This document shows, in pieces, positions 25,591-39,536 of a DNA stretch of 64,000 bases (within the stretch, counting starts at the first letter, position 1; the number at the start of each line of letters is the position of its first letter). Below the pieces are notes generated by a model that was not told the DNA's origin, made no database searches, and saw only the letters and a list, made by a program, of their open reading frames with translations. The position numbers and the translations under genes are program-made. Source of the stretch: Octopus bimaculoides. Lineage: Eukaryota. The DNA lies in NCBI RefSeq assembly GCF_001194135.2, contig NC_068984.1:46226722-46290721 (forward strand), read 5' to 3'.

Positions 25591-27149
25591 CATGTAAAGT
25601 TACCTCCCAGGCGGGTAAGCCGACCCCCGGTCTCCCGCATGAAAAGGATACGTACCACAATGTCTTTAAATATCTGTCAACACGTAAAGATATCGCACTC
25701 TATAAAAATTCTTGCAAAAGATGAGTAAATAAATAAATAAGAAAAAAGGGAAGAAATACACGCAGATAAATAAGAAGGATCTATGGGATCTAGGATTGCA
25801 GTTAGAAAGCTTCAGGTGACCATGAACACTTGGCATAAAGACTTACATTTTGAATGGAACTTTCTGCCTATGATAGACCTTACTTTCTGTATATTATTGT
25901 CAGTACTTGGTTGATTCTTTATTTTATGTAAAACAATACAATGAAAGGCAAAACCTTTTTTCTACGGTCTTTGAACTTGCAATGTGGACAAGGTCGAAAC
26001 TTCACGTTCGTAACCAATCCACCCCATTATCCCAGGTACATTCATATAGCACTTTGATTCAGGAGCAGGTAACTTAGTTGTATACAAACAAATGAATAGT
26101 ACTCGTCGATAGAAATAGATCCACCATATGTAGCATGAGTCTGTGTGCATGTAGCTGTGTATGTGTGCGTGTGTGTGTTATTAGAGAGGTAATGTATTTT
26201 TCGAATCTGTAGTGAAGGTAAATGAGATCAACAGACACACACGCTGTATTCAGGATGCCATATAATAAGCAAACTACGAATTATATGAGCTATATGAAAA
26301 AGGAAGCACAAAAGAAATAATTCTATACGCATACGTGTATAGCATCATAGATTTTTGTAGGCATTTTTAGGCATATTACTAGTAACACATATATTCATAA
26401 TATATATATCTGAAAAAATACGAAGGTGAGATTCCCTATACTTTTCATCTTTTCAAAATTTGCTGGTTCACGTAATTATTCAGCACATGAAACCGAAAGC
26501 ATGTAAGGGGGTCATTGAACATAGCATTTAGTTATCGTTCCATGTGTCCTTCGGGCAAAATTGCTTCTTACATGCTCGCCTCAAATTTGACACGTGAAAA
26601 GTAAATAAAACACGATATGGCATATCGTTCGAATGTTAACAGAAAGCAGTTATTAATTTTCTGGTCATACTTCTCAGCTTTAAAGTTTGCGCTTTTTCCT
26701 TTTTGTTTAGAACACATAGAGCGTCGCAACCTGCCCTTGATAAATGTCAATCTCGAATAGAATAAAAGAAAAACAGAAAACTATCTCACATAAAAAATCC
26801 GAAAACGAAATAAAAAAAACAAACAATAAGATATGAAATATAACAATGCTGAACAATTACAAAGAATACGGTAATAAGATGTAAGAATGAGTATGATGTT
26901 ACGTAATTTATGATATATACATATATATATTTGTGCCTAGTTTCCCAAAATGACTGAGTCTGACATAAGTAAACCAAACTGGAGGGGAGTTCAGGAGGTT
27001 ATAATTTCAGCACGACCAGTCGTTGTTCCAGCGCACAGAGGTCTACCGTGCAGTTTTTAAAAACAAAGTCAAAGTTTCCTCAAACAACTTTAAAAGATTC
27101 TCTAAATAATCTATCAGAGAGGAAGTGTTGCCAACTAGTGGCGGTATAC

Positions 27150-28020
27150 GGAGAGGGTTTGGATCGTTAACAAAGAGAATATGAAGGGGAACGATCTGCT
27201 CAGAAGAACCTCGTCAGAAAACGTTACAGGAAATATACATTTCAGTATTCTATTCCGTCGGCTAACAACGTTCCACCCCTTGTACGTCGGTACAGAAAGG
27301 TGGAAAACCAGGATGATTGGAACATACGGTGGCAGTTATACAGTTCTTGAGAGAAGTGAGGGAAGGTAGAGAAAATACGGTAGTTCTGTGATTTGGACCT
27401 CATATCAGTCTATGGCACAATAACTAGTAGAGGGGGCCCTTCATGATACCGTACCCCCAGAAAGATCAACGATCGCATTCTGAATTATTGTTGCAGTTTC
27501 CCGATGAGAGTTACAGCAGGGTGCACAGCATCAGAATGGCATAAATCTTAAAAAAGTTACTATAACTCAGCGCACCATTTCAGTAACTGTTTTTACTTCA
27601 CCATGACTATGGTAATCAAGTCAGCAGAAGTCGAGTTTCAATAACCTCAGACATAATCCTGCATGCAAAAGCAACCAATAAGAGCCTGCATAGATGCCCT
27701 GAGTGTAACAATATCAACAGCTGCTGATGGCATGTGTATCTTTCAAACACTCGAGTAACTCATCTTAAGGGCAAGGCTGGATTTAAAAGCATCAAATTTG
27801 GAGATTGCTTGGTACTGGAAGGAAAAGAAGTGATGGAGAAGTTTCGCTTTTTGTAGATAAAGGCTTCTCTTACTTCTCTTAATATGAAATAGAGAAACCA
27901 CAAGCATATCAAAGTAGCAGAAGCTGCCATTAATATGTGCACAGTAAGAAAGTAGAGTTCTGCCAGAGGTTTGAAGGTGGTAGAGGAACAGTTGAGGCAA
28001 AGCAACAGGTTGGGACTGTG
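27150..28020 (+). mobile_element. Highly decayed RTE-like LINE ORF fragment
   Basis: GC-richer block. The frame at 27800 gives GDCLVLEGKEVMEKFRFL*, which resembles the post-RT E(V/I)VxxFxYLG motif. Multiple stops; boundaries approximate. Confidence 0.35.
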
Positions 28021-29393
28021 GGGATGTATGTACACCTACACACATANNNNNNNNNNNNNNNNNNNNNNNNNNNNNNNNNNNNNNNNNNNNNNNNNNNNNN
28101 NNNNNNNNNNNNNNNNNNNNNNNNNNNNNNNNNNNNNNNNNNNNNNNNNNNNNNNNNNNNNNNNNNNNNNNNNNNNNNNNNNNNNNNNNNNNNNNNNNNN
28201 NNNNNNNNNNNNNNNNNNNNNNNNNNNNNNNNNNNNNNNNNNNNNNNNNNNNNNNNNNNNNNNNNNNNNNNNNNNNNNNNNNNNNNNNNNNNNNNNNNNN
28301 NNNNNNNNNNNNNNNNNNNNNNNNNNNNNNNNNNNNNNNNNNNNNNNNNNNNNNNNNNNNNNNNNNNNNNNNNNNNNNNNNNNNNNNNNNNNNNNNNNNN
28401 NNNNNNNNNNNNNNNNNNNNNNNNNNNNNNNNNNNNNNNNNNNNNNNNNNNNNNNNNNNNNNNNNNNNNNNNNNNNNNNNNNNNNNNNNNNNNNNNNNNN
28501 NNNNNNNNNNNNNNNNNNNNNNNNNNNNNNNNNNNNNNNNNNNNNNNNNNNNNNNNNNNNNNNNNNNNNNNNNNNNNNNNNNNNNNNNNNNNNNNNNNNN
28601 NNNNNNNNNNNNNNNNNNNNNNNNNNATATATATATATATATATACAAATAGTGTGTGTGTGTGTTTGTGTGTTTGTTTGTGTGTCTATATATACCCATA
28701 GACATTAGCACATTAGTTGATATTTATATACACTTGCAACACAATCCTTCACGTAAACCAGCTGCCCCACTGCCAAAATCATGAACGCAAATTTGTATTA
28801 TTTTCCGATCCATACCATCTGATTATTTAAATGTTATACGGAAATATATCAACTATTCTGTTGCTTTGCACCAGATTCATCTTGACAGATGTTAGGAAGT
28901 CTGCAAGTCTACAGATCTGCTAACATTTTGAAGACAATGCTTCGAAGCTAATAGCTTTAATCGAAACAATAACCAACTGCTTGACCTCGTGATAGAAAAT
29001 GAATATAAAGATAAAATACGAACAACATTTATTAATAATAAACATGTTAAACAGTCAGGGTTAGAGAGAGATTGAATAGTAGACCATAGTAACCTTTCCT
29101 CGCAACTCCCTGTAGTACACATACACATACACAGACACCCACATTCCCACGCTCGTACAGACAATATGCCAATATGTGTATACATATCTACATCTCTTGA
29201 CCGTCTCTGATAAACTGTTTGTAAAAAGCGTGATGATAGTAAACCTAGCATTGCTGTGCTCACTGAAAATAAAGCATAATTATTATATGTATGTATGTAT
29301 GTACGTATGTATGTAAGTATCTAGCTATCTGTGTGCGAGTGTGTGTGCACGCGTGCGCAATCACACTCACACACGTGTCTCTGTGTGTGTGTG

Positions 29394-29427
<34 letters not shown>

Positions 29428-30074
29428 NNNNNNNNNNNNNNNNNNNNNNNNNNNNNNNNNNNNNNNNNNNNNNNNNNNNNNNNNNNNNNNNNNNNNNNNN
29501 NNNNNNNNNNNNNNNNNNNNNNNNNNNNNNNNNNNNNNNNNNNNNNNNNNNNNNNNNNNNNNNNNNNNNNNNNNNNNNNNNNNNNNNNNNNNNNNNNNNN
29601 NNNNNNNNNNNNNNNNNNNNNNNNNNNNNNNNNNNNNNNNNNNNNNNNNNNNNNNNNNNNNNNNNNNNNNNNNNNNNNNNNNNNNNNNNNNNNNNNNNNN
29701 NNNNNNNNNNNNNNNNNNNNNNNNNNNNNNNNNNNNNNNNNNNNNNNNNNNNNNNNNNNNNNNNNNNNNNNNNNNNNNNNNNNNNNNNNNNNNNNNNNNN
29801 NNNNNNNNNNNNNNNNNNNNNNNNNNNNNNNNNNNNNNNNNNNNNNNNNNNNNNNNNNNNNNNNNNNNNNNNNNNNNNNNNNNNNNNNNNNNNNNNNNNN
29901 NNNNNNNNNNNNNNNNNNNNNNNNNNNNNNNNNNNNNNNNNNNNNNNNNNNNNNNNNNNNNNNNNNNNNNNNNNNNNNNNNNNNNNNNNNNNNNNNNNNN
30001 NNNNNNNNNNNNNNNNNNNNNNNNNNNNNNNNNNNNNNNNNNNNNNNNNNNNNNNNNNNNNNNNNNNNNNNNNN

Positions 30075-30114
<40 letters not shown>

Positions 30115-30228
30115 AGCTGAGCACATAAGTGCAAAGCAAGGTGGAAAAAACAGTACTCGAATACAAACGGTAGAATAATACCATTTATTAAACTGCAAAA
30201 TTATCACATAACTTTTACTCAGAGTTTA

Positions 30229-30303
30229 ACATTCCTGTCCGTCGGACAGTTATAATAAATTTTAATCCAGTATTTATCACAACTGTCCAGTGAACGGGAA
30301 CGT
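30229..30303. other. Inverted repeat / long hairpin of about 30 bp with an 11-nt loop, pri-miRNA-like candidate
   Basis: Positions i and 60532-i pair from 30229 to 30260. Every position is Watson-Crick or a transition-type mismatch (G-U or A-C). Core GGACAGTTATAATAAAT pairs with ATTTATCACAACTGTCC. Confidence 0.5.
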
Positions 30304-32424
30304 GAGAGTCTGAGTAACAGTTCTGTGATAGTTTTGCAGCGCGTCCAAGGTAGTTCCCTTGAAAGAATTGCTTGAAAACATAGTATATCTCAAATCTAGG
30401 GGGAACGAAACCGCACTAGAAGTAAACGGATGTGACCAATACGGTTATTTCGCGATCATTCCTATTCTACATTTCTACGATCTAATCCACCACCGGACCA
30501 ACATGTAAATACCTTTTAGGGTATTTTGCAGTCATACCTCTTATTGTAAACACATATGCATTTATAGTCATGCATGAATTGGTGGATGCATGTGTTTACA
30601 AACGTGGAAAAGTACCCAATTCATGAAAATTCAGAAAAGATGTCTATGAGAAATCTAACAATTTAGCTATTTCTCTTTTGAAAATTCATCGAAAAATACT
30701 GATCGAAATAACTAAAAAAATTCACCATTTCCAATCTTCTGTTCAAAATTAGAAAACGAATAGTATATTCAAATTCTTCATTTAAATATTCTAGCAGTAT
30801 TCATGTAGAGGATGTAATGGACAAATCGATTTTACATACTTTTAATATTATCCTTTAATCTATAAATAATTCTGGAGTTTAAGGAAATGCAGTAACTTTC
30901 ACATACTTTGAATATATTTATATATTACGAGAAATAATTTTGCGTGCTTTTCAAAAAGACCTACATAAGTAATTTTTACAGTTTTAGCGCAGTTAACTTG
31001 GCTGAAGCATAGCAAAGCGTTAAATCATAGTGTTAAATGTTTAGCTATTACGTTTGTTGCAATCATACAGAGAAATGATTTGCGAATTCGTAGTACAAAA
31101 GATTCTTCCACTTTCTTCCCATGGAAGCAGTGAAGTTCTGGGTACAGCTGTAGTTCACTTTAACGTTATTTCCGTTGAAGGGCTTCTGATATGATGATAT
31201 GTATAGTTTACTGGGAATATATTTATCATAGTTTTCATAGATGTAGATACAGGTAACAGTGGGACGAACATTTATGCTTCTTTTCTCGGTTTTGAATTTA
31301 TTAATACTATTGTACTGCTTTTTTTTTTACAGTATTCAAACTTTAAAATCAGTCTTCTCATGTTTTAATGTAATAAAGACTCAGACAGAGATATAACCGA
31401 TATGTGCTTGTATTTTTATTAAAAGCCCTTCGTGGATTACTGAGGAATACTCGGAAACATATTAATATACTGTGATTTCTCATAAAGTCTGAATAAGTGG
31501 AGCATTCACTAGTACCTAAACCTAACCATAATTTACTTTGGAATAACGATTTCTTGAATAAACGGCGGAATTTTTCAAATATAACATGCGTTACCATAGA
31601 TACTTACTGAAGACTTTCCAACTACTATCTATGTAATGCTATATAATAGATTCGTTATTTGCAAGAACAACATAAACCTCGGGGAAAGAAAAAAACAAGC
31701 AAACGTTCTTAAATCCATAAGCAATAAAGCTTCATGAACAATAGCCGTCATTAATGATTGTGTATGATAAAAATTTAATACAAGTGAAGTGAAATAAATT
31801 TCGGTTGTGTTGTGAATAAAATAGATTATATGCTGATGAAGACATGGCAATATGAAATAATTTTATATGAGATTAGCGGAATATGTGGTACATTTTCTTG
31901 GGATTTTTCCGTAAACCAATCAAATCTCAATCACTAACAATTCGATGTGTTTGTGAATATTATTGCTTAAACATACACGTAATGCATCCCTCGTTTAACC
32001 GGTTGTCTATTCGTCAACATGAAACTCAGTTACAATTTAAGAAGCTACAATTTTTAATCACACACGCACATGTGCTCATACACACACAGACACAAATATA
32101 TTTATAGATGTGTATCTGTGTGTGTTTGTGTGCGTGCGTGTGTGTGTATGTCTACCTCTGTGCATATATATGTATATTTATGTTAGAGCATATCAATATA
32201 TGCGAATACTGTTATCCATTAGCTTCCATTCCACTCATCCTATTGTTCTTCATAAAAAAACGAATGCTTGAATATTGATTGGTTTATAGATATTTCTGCT
32301 GATATGCGTAAAGGGCTATATCCCAAATTAAATCAGAGACAGGACAGAGAAAGTTTACACATATGTGTGTCTGTGTGTTTGTGTGCGTATGTGTTTTCGG
32401 TAAGTATGTTAGTGTGTTAATGTG

Positions 32425-32529
32425 CCTCCTCCTCCTCCTCCTNNNNNNNNNNNNNNNNNNNNNNNNNNNNNNNNNNNNNNNNNNNNNNNNNNNNNNNNNN
32501 NNNNNNNNNNNNNNNNNNNNNNNNNNNNN

Positions 32530-32586
<57 letters not shown>
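32425..32586. repeat. (CCT)n - gap - (CAT)n compound microsatellite
   Basis: Direct observation. Confidence 0.9.
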
Positions 32587-32587
<1 letters not shown>

Positions 32588-32885
32588 AATTTCGAGACTG
32601 GTGATGCACATAATCATTACTCAGAGATTTTCACATATATTTAGTCATGATATAATACAAGGACACACGCGCACACACACACACACAAACTTTTTCCTGA
32701 GATTGTTCCAGATGATGAAAGCAAAACACGTATTTGAAAACCTAGTGCACGGGTAGACAACACTGACATTTAGAACTGAATGACTTTTGCTTCTCTTTGA
32801 ATGCCATTAGGTATATGTAGCACTGGAATTGCATTTTACACACACACACACACACACACATGCATGTAAGTATCTACGTACTTGT

Positions 32886-32985
32886 ATGCATATGGTATTG
32901 ATATGCATATGGTTTTGGTATGCATATGGTATTGGTATGCATATGGTATTGGTATGCATATGGTATTGGTATGCATATGGTATTG
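32886..32985. repeat. 17-bp minisatellite, 6 copies
   Basis: Unit ATGCATATGGTATTGGT with 1-2 variant positions. Confidence 0.95.
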
Positions 32986-34560
32986 CCTACTTTAGACATT
33001 CATATTATCCTGTCTATAACAACTCTTTCATCTTTCCAAGGCTACTAGAATAAGTACCAGTAGTACGTGAGACCAAAATGATTGATTGTACGTCGTCCCT
33101 TGACTGATACTATTGGGCTGTTGCTTGAAATTATGACTTTGATTTCTAGATAAACTTATTTCGCTTCATTTCTCATATATTCTTAAGCATTGATCAATAC
33201 TTAAACGTCACTGTTTCTTATTTCTGTATCATATAGATTCCATTGTTAACTTTGGTTAAGCCAGAAAGTGTTTATACATTAGCGATGTGCGAAAATGTAA
33301 AGGTGTGATGTTTAACCTTTTCACAAGTGCGTTATCGCCATAAATAAAATGTGTGCAAATCTTTATTGTAACTGCGTCAGTAGAGACGAAATAGTTACTT
33401 CTACGAACTGAGTCACCAAAGCAGACTCAATTCTCTTGCTAGAGATATCTGCCAAATCTCTGTCAAGCCACATACTAACATCTTATAAAAAGACACACTA
33501 GACAAAATGTTTCTGCGTGAAGAGTACTTAAAGGGGAAAAAAAACTGCACGGTCACAGCAAGAATAGCTTTGAATATATGTTTGTTCACTAAGATCTGTT
33601 TATCTAACAAATAACAATGAACACTCCATCATTCTCCTGTTGGTCTAACGCAATTTCGAGTGATCCACTAGCTCGTTTCATCTGCTATTGTACTCTATGC
33701 CAGCTTACTGCGATATACATTTCTTGAATATTTATTAATTCATCATGTTTTGTTTATATGACAATGTTTCTAATAATTCAATCCTAGAGAGTGTAAATAC
33801 GTTCATAACCTTTATCAAGACTTCAAACAGATGCTGTGGATATAGATAAAGTAACATCACACTTCAATGTGTGTATGTGTGTGTTGTGTGTGTGTGTGTG
33901 TGTGTGTGCGTGCGCGCGCGTGTGTATGTGTGTGTGTGTGTGTTTTTGTGTGCGCGTAAATATGACCATCGATCGCAATAGAGAATGAATCAGTTGCTTG
34001 TACCAAGCGTTCACTAATAGATTTAGACATAGAGTTGTGAGACATTGGCATAACCGGACATTCAAATTTATGAGAATTCGAGGGAGATACAAGAGCACAA
34101 GCACTGGGCTTGCAAGCTCCTTTGATAGGCAACACCGATCATAGCGGAGGTTGAATTTAGAGCACAAGCAGTCAGGGTAAAGATCGCACTTCATTGTACT
34201 CGACACTCTACCTACTCTGCCCTTCGACCAGCTTCACACAATGCACTCACACACACATATACACACACACACACACACACGCACACACACGCACAATAAC
34301 ACAAACACACACACACATATTTGATAAGGGAAACGGAAAATGGATTTGGTACGAATCTTTATCGAACCCAACGATCGTTTCGACCAATCCCGCAGCTGTC
34401 CCTTATGCTTACTCTGCATCAAGCTGTGTTTCATTAATCAGTGTAGTCTACGTCACCTCAGATGTTTGGTATAACTGTGAATGACATCAGCTAGCCCAAA
34501 CGGTGAATGTGGGTTAATCGGCATACAAATAGATATTCACCTAAAGTCCAAATAATTACT

Positions 34561-34597
<37 letters not shown>

Positions 34598-34613
34598 TTA
34601 TGGCTGATTTAGC

Positions 34614-34812
34614 AATATCTTTTCTACTTTAGGCACAAGGCCCAAAATTTTGGGGGAGGAGGCCAGTCGATTAGATCGACCTCAGTACGCAACTGGTACT
34701 TATTTAATCAACCTCGAAAAGATGAAAAGCAAAGTCAATCTCAGCAGAATTTGAACTCAGAACGTAAAGACAGACGAAAATCCGTTAAGCATTTCGCCCA
34801 GCATGTTAACGT
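34614..34812 (-). mobile_element. tRNA-derived SINE, same family as 995-1196
   Basis: Reverse complement is colinear with the 995-1196 copy: AGGCACAAGGCCC...GTCGATTAGATCGAC...ATTTGAACTCAGAACG...TAAGCATTTCGCCC. Confidence 0.92.
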
Positions 34813-37026
34813 TAGGGACCAATTCTCAGACTGCAGATTACAGCTGAATGCTTGCAGCAAAATGGACACCGCATAAAGCATGGAAGGAACATGTGGTACC
34901 GCTACAACTGGCCATGAATTAAGTCTATCATATATAAAGAGCTCCAGTTCCTTCTACGAACTAAATCGCTGTTACACGACTACAATCGATTCAAGCTTGC
35001 GGTAGAACATAGAATATAATTCAATTATAGGATAAAGTCTTTGTAAGAATATATATATATATATATATATTTATATGTACAAACAAGCAAACTCATATAG
35101 TGAGTACAGTCATATGACATGGTTAACATATGACCTCCCGAATCTTGGCTTAAACTTGGGCAGAAATATAATCTTTAATTTAAAATATGACAAGAAGCAC
35201 AGAATTTGATTGACGTGAAAAAAAAACCCCAACAAACCAACAAACAAAAACAAAAAAGCAAAAAACAAAACAGTATTATTATTTTTGTAGAGATGGAAAA
35301 ACACCCAGCTGGATGAATTTTGAACTCGTGGCATAAAGGATAACGATGCATATTCCATCGCCAGCACAATGACGAGTTCAATGCTAAAATATTAATTGTT
35401 TCTTGTTTAATCTATTTAGGTGAAAACTAAGATTATGTATGAAGTGCAGGTACAACTCTGTTTTGCAAAGAGCAAGCAGCGAATTTATAATCAATAAACA
35501 TTTGGTTAGTTAGCATGTTTGAGTGTGCTCATAAATCTGTAATAGCTTCAGTTAGTTTTGTACTGGTTATCTCTGATAACTGTACTTAATAATCAGAGGT
35601 CAATGATCTATTGTACATTGACTTCACAAAAGAAAAATCTTGTGCCATGGGGATATATTTTTTCTGTACCATGTTAGAGCGCACGCATAGGTGAATATTT
35701 CAAATTAAGTAATAAGGATTATGATATGAATATAAGGATTTCTTTTCTCGTCTATCAGATCATTTTTGCCAAGGATTTACTTACTTAACTCATTGATAAT
35801 CCACTACTTCTTGTTTTTAAAATGTTCTTCTTCGGCTAATAATTGGATTTCTACATAGAATCTGAATCCAAACCATAGATATTACGTTATTTTCTGCTTT
35901 TTTCTCCCTCAATTCAAAATTGGATTTATCGACTGGTTTTATGCAGTTAGCTTTATTGTAGTGTTGCAGCAATTTTATTCTGCTTCAACTTATTGTATTA
36001 ACTAAATTGCATTTGCTATGTGTTATTTGCGGAAGACATACTATTGAACTGTATGGCCCTTCAATCCTTATGCGCTGACGGTTTTTCTTTCGTTGATTGT
36101 TAATTGCAACTAGCGTTCAAATAAAGGGAGACGAATGGACAATGAGATAACAACTGTGATTTCACCAAATACAGAATAAAGAAGGATAATTTCTCATAAA
36201 AATGAAATGTCTGTATGACAAAGAGATTTGTATAAAGAATTTGTTGAAGATAAATATGATTCGCAGAGTGACACAAAACGGCGAATTAAACGCGTAAACC
36301 TCATGTATATACGTATATCATGTGATGTACGAAATTCTTAACAATAAACCAGAAGTGGATGTTTCTCAACGATTTGCCATGCGTCTTTGATTAAACGCAG
36401 TATATATATATATATNNNNNNNNNNNNNNNNNNNNNNNNNNNNNNNNNNNNNNNNNNNNNNNNNNNNNNNNNNNNNNNNNNNNNNNNNNNNNNNNNNNNN
36501 NNNNNNNNNNNNNNNNNNNNNNNNNNNNNNNNNNNNNNNNNNNNNNNNNNNNNNNNNNNNNNNNNNNNNNNNNNNNNNNNNNNNATATATATATATGCAA
36601 ATATATATGTGTGTGTGTGTGTTTGTGTGTATGTCTGTGTGTGTTTGTGTGTATGTCTGTGTGTGTTTGTGTGCGTGCGTATATATGTGTATAAGACACT
36701 ACTTGATTAGAAAGCAAACTATCCACACAGAGAGCATATAACTGAATTGGTGAATTAAGACATCATTCAACTCTACTATATGTAAGTGTTTTATTGTATA
36801 TGACAAGAAGCATGTAATTTCGATTCCAGGTTGTAGATTTTCATCCAATATATGTAAATCTGTTCTTTTGCTACAAATAGCGAATCATAAATGTGTACGT
36901 CTGTCCAGGTTTCAAACCAATAAATTTTCTTATATAACTAGTTGACGAAGTCCCTAAAGGTAGGAGCTTTGATCTGTCTACAAAGCATTATCTTGAACGC
37001 AATTTTGATTGTGCGGATCAATTCAC

Positions 37027-37088
37027 GTCATTTCACTAAAGCCGTTGAAGTTCTTTAGTCATTTCACTAAAACCGTTCATGTTCTTTA
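37027..37088. repeat. 31-bp tandem duplication
   Basis: GTCATTTCACTAAAGCCGTTGAAGTTCTTTA followed directly by GTCATTTCACTAAAACCGTTCATGTTCTTTA. Confidence 0.92.
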
Positions 37089-38276
37089 GAAACGTATGAA
37101 CAATATGACTCCTTTTAAGCGGGTAGCTTCTAAATCTCCATCGGATTATACACGACAATCATAAATAAGGAAGGAAACATTTTGGATGTTGTAGTTATAG
37201 ATACTTGTGCCGGAGAAATAGTTTTGTTACGGTTGAAATGCTTTTAAACGAAATGGAAACTAAATCGGCGCTTATCGACTAAAATACAAATTAACAAAGC
37301 AAAGAAAAAGCACAATAAAAAATATCATGTAAGATACTTTGTATGTGTTTTGAGAAGGAATGTGGCTTTGCGTTTGGTTAATGTGTGTAATATCGGGGTT
37401 TCAATTCGTGGACCGAATGACAACTTTCAGACATTGCTGTTACAAATAAAAGCCGGATGCCGACGCAGCCTTTCCTCCTTCCATCTGTTACATTCTGCCT
37501 TTCCCACTAAGTCAAGGATGACAGTGCCGATGTCTATGTTACTATTTAACTATATTGGTACTTAAATAAGTAGCGACTACATGGTATATGATATCAAGCC
37601 ATATTCAGTCGCAAGTCAGGATCGATTGCAGTTTGTTCCATAAACGAAACTGACAGCTTATATAAGAAGCGCTGAAGACGAGAAGCTAAACTCAAAAGTA
37701 CATTTGAATCGAAACATGAATTCAATAACCCTTTGTGGTTATTTCACTTTATTTTATATTCTGTTTTTGCTCCTGGGAAAACATAAACGTTTCAGTTTCT
37801 ATTAAACCATACGAGACAGAAAAAACATTAAATTTCAGGCTTTCCAGTCGACGCTTTCAGAAATATAATTTCATCTAGTAACCCAGATGCATTGCAACTT
37901 ATGTCTTATATCTCTTTCAGAGTCAAAAAAGAAATTTAGTATCGAATTCAAAATTTTATTGAATGTTATATAGTTTGTCATCTATATACTATATACTGGC
38001 ATGTTAATAATACTTCTACATAATGCTGAAATTTTATTGAATGCATAGAAATGGGATATGAGCTACAATATACGAAAAAGTAGCACGGATATTCCTGACT
38101 CTTTCTATTACAGTATTTCGTCGTTTATTTTAGCCAGTTACATTTGAAATGATTATGTATATAGCAATATTACAAAGATGAGTACGATGATGATGATAAT
38201 GACGAGGAAAACAACAATGATAAGAATAATAATGATTATAGATGTATATTCATACGTGCGTACGTATGCGTGTGTG

Positions 38277-38307
<31 letters not shown>

Positions 38308-38356
38308 CACTGTAATTCTGTAACTTCTGCGTTATGCCTACATACCTATGGTTAGG

Positions 38357-38593
38357 AAAAATCGAGAGAAAGAGATCATCTATGGCCTATTGAGAAGATG
38401 TTTGAAAATCCAGTTCACGAACTACACTTTCAGCATACTACCTATTATTGTTGGAATAACAGGATACAAAAAAACTCGTCTGGTGCAAAGTGTCAGTGAA
38501 TTTTGGAGCATTGGGAGAGAAGGCTAATATTTAGTTCCTACGTTACAAAAGATCACGATATCAGGAACTATAAGTATTTGCAAAATCTTCTGA
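38357..38593 (+). mobile_element. Decayed 3' end of an RLE-type non-LTR retrotransposon ORF (R4/Dong-, CRE- or NeSL-like)
   Basis: One frame: KNREKEIIYGLLRRCLKIQFTNYTFSILPIIVGITGY...*YLVPTLQKITISGTISICKIF*. This matches the K..KY......P(I/V)(I/V)(I/V)G..G....LQK....GT..I pattern that follows the PD-(D/E)XK core. One internal stop. Confidence 0.55.
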
Positions 38594-39493
38594 AGATTTA
38601 ACGGATGATGGTTGGAACAAGATGCATTGCTTTACAACCTTGCTACCAAGTACATGGCCGGTTAAAATTCATTCTAAATTAAAAAGAGGAAGAAAAAACA
38701 CACACAAACACATACACACACTCTCATACACACACACTCATGCACACATACACATACACATAAATTCCTTTATTAACACGGTTAATTCTGCTGCAACTCG
38801 TTAGAATTGATAATACTAAAATCCAGGATTTCTAACAGAATTTTATTGCCTTTTTAATTCAACTGAACACATGCTGAAAGAACGAAGGACTCTCTATATA
38901 GACCTTGCTATATAGACTCTCTATATAGCCCTTGCTATTCTCAAATCAGATCTTCGAAACGCTTATTGCATCATATAGTTGCTGTGTAGACTATACCTGT
39001 TTAAAATACGAAATGATTATAGCTTTGTAACCTTTCACAACTAGTCTCCTTAAGCCTGTAACACCTGGTTCAACAACGTCAAATATAACAATATTAGAAC
39101 AAATTTTCGTCAATCTCCATTAACTATTGAAGTTAATACAGAAGCGATCACAATCTTGGGCCCAAATTTCGTTCATAAGCATCAAATGTAACAACACATT
39201 ATCATGCTAATGATGGTTATTTAAAAGGAATGCTCAATGTACTTTACATCTTTGCACTTTGTTACTCTTTGTTTGTAATACGATACGGGTGTATAAATAT
39301 TTACATATTAAAGAAGATAAACTTCGTAGTTGCTTTTCGGTGGAGCATGCACAAGTAAAAGTTTCAAAGTAATTCAAAGAAATTGCTAACACACAAGCCC
39401 CTTAACACACGCACAAACACACACACACACACACACTCACACACACACACACACTCGTGTGTATGTGTGCATGCGTGTATGAGTGTATATATA

Positions 39494-39536
<43 letters not shown>

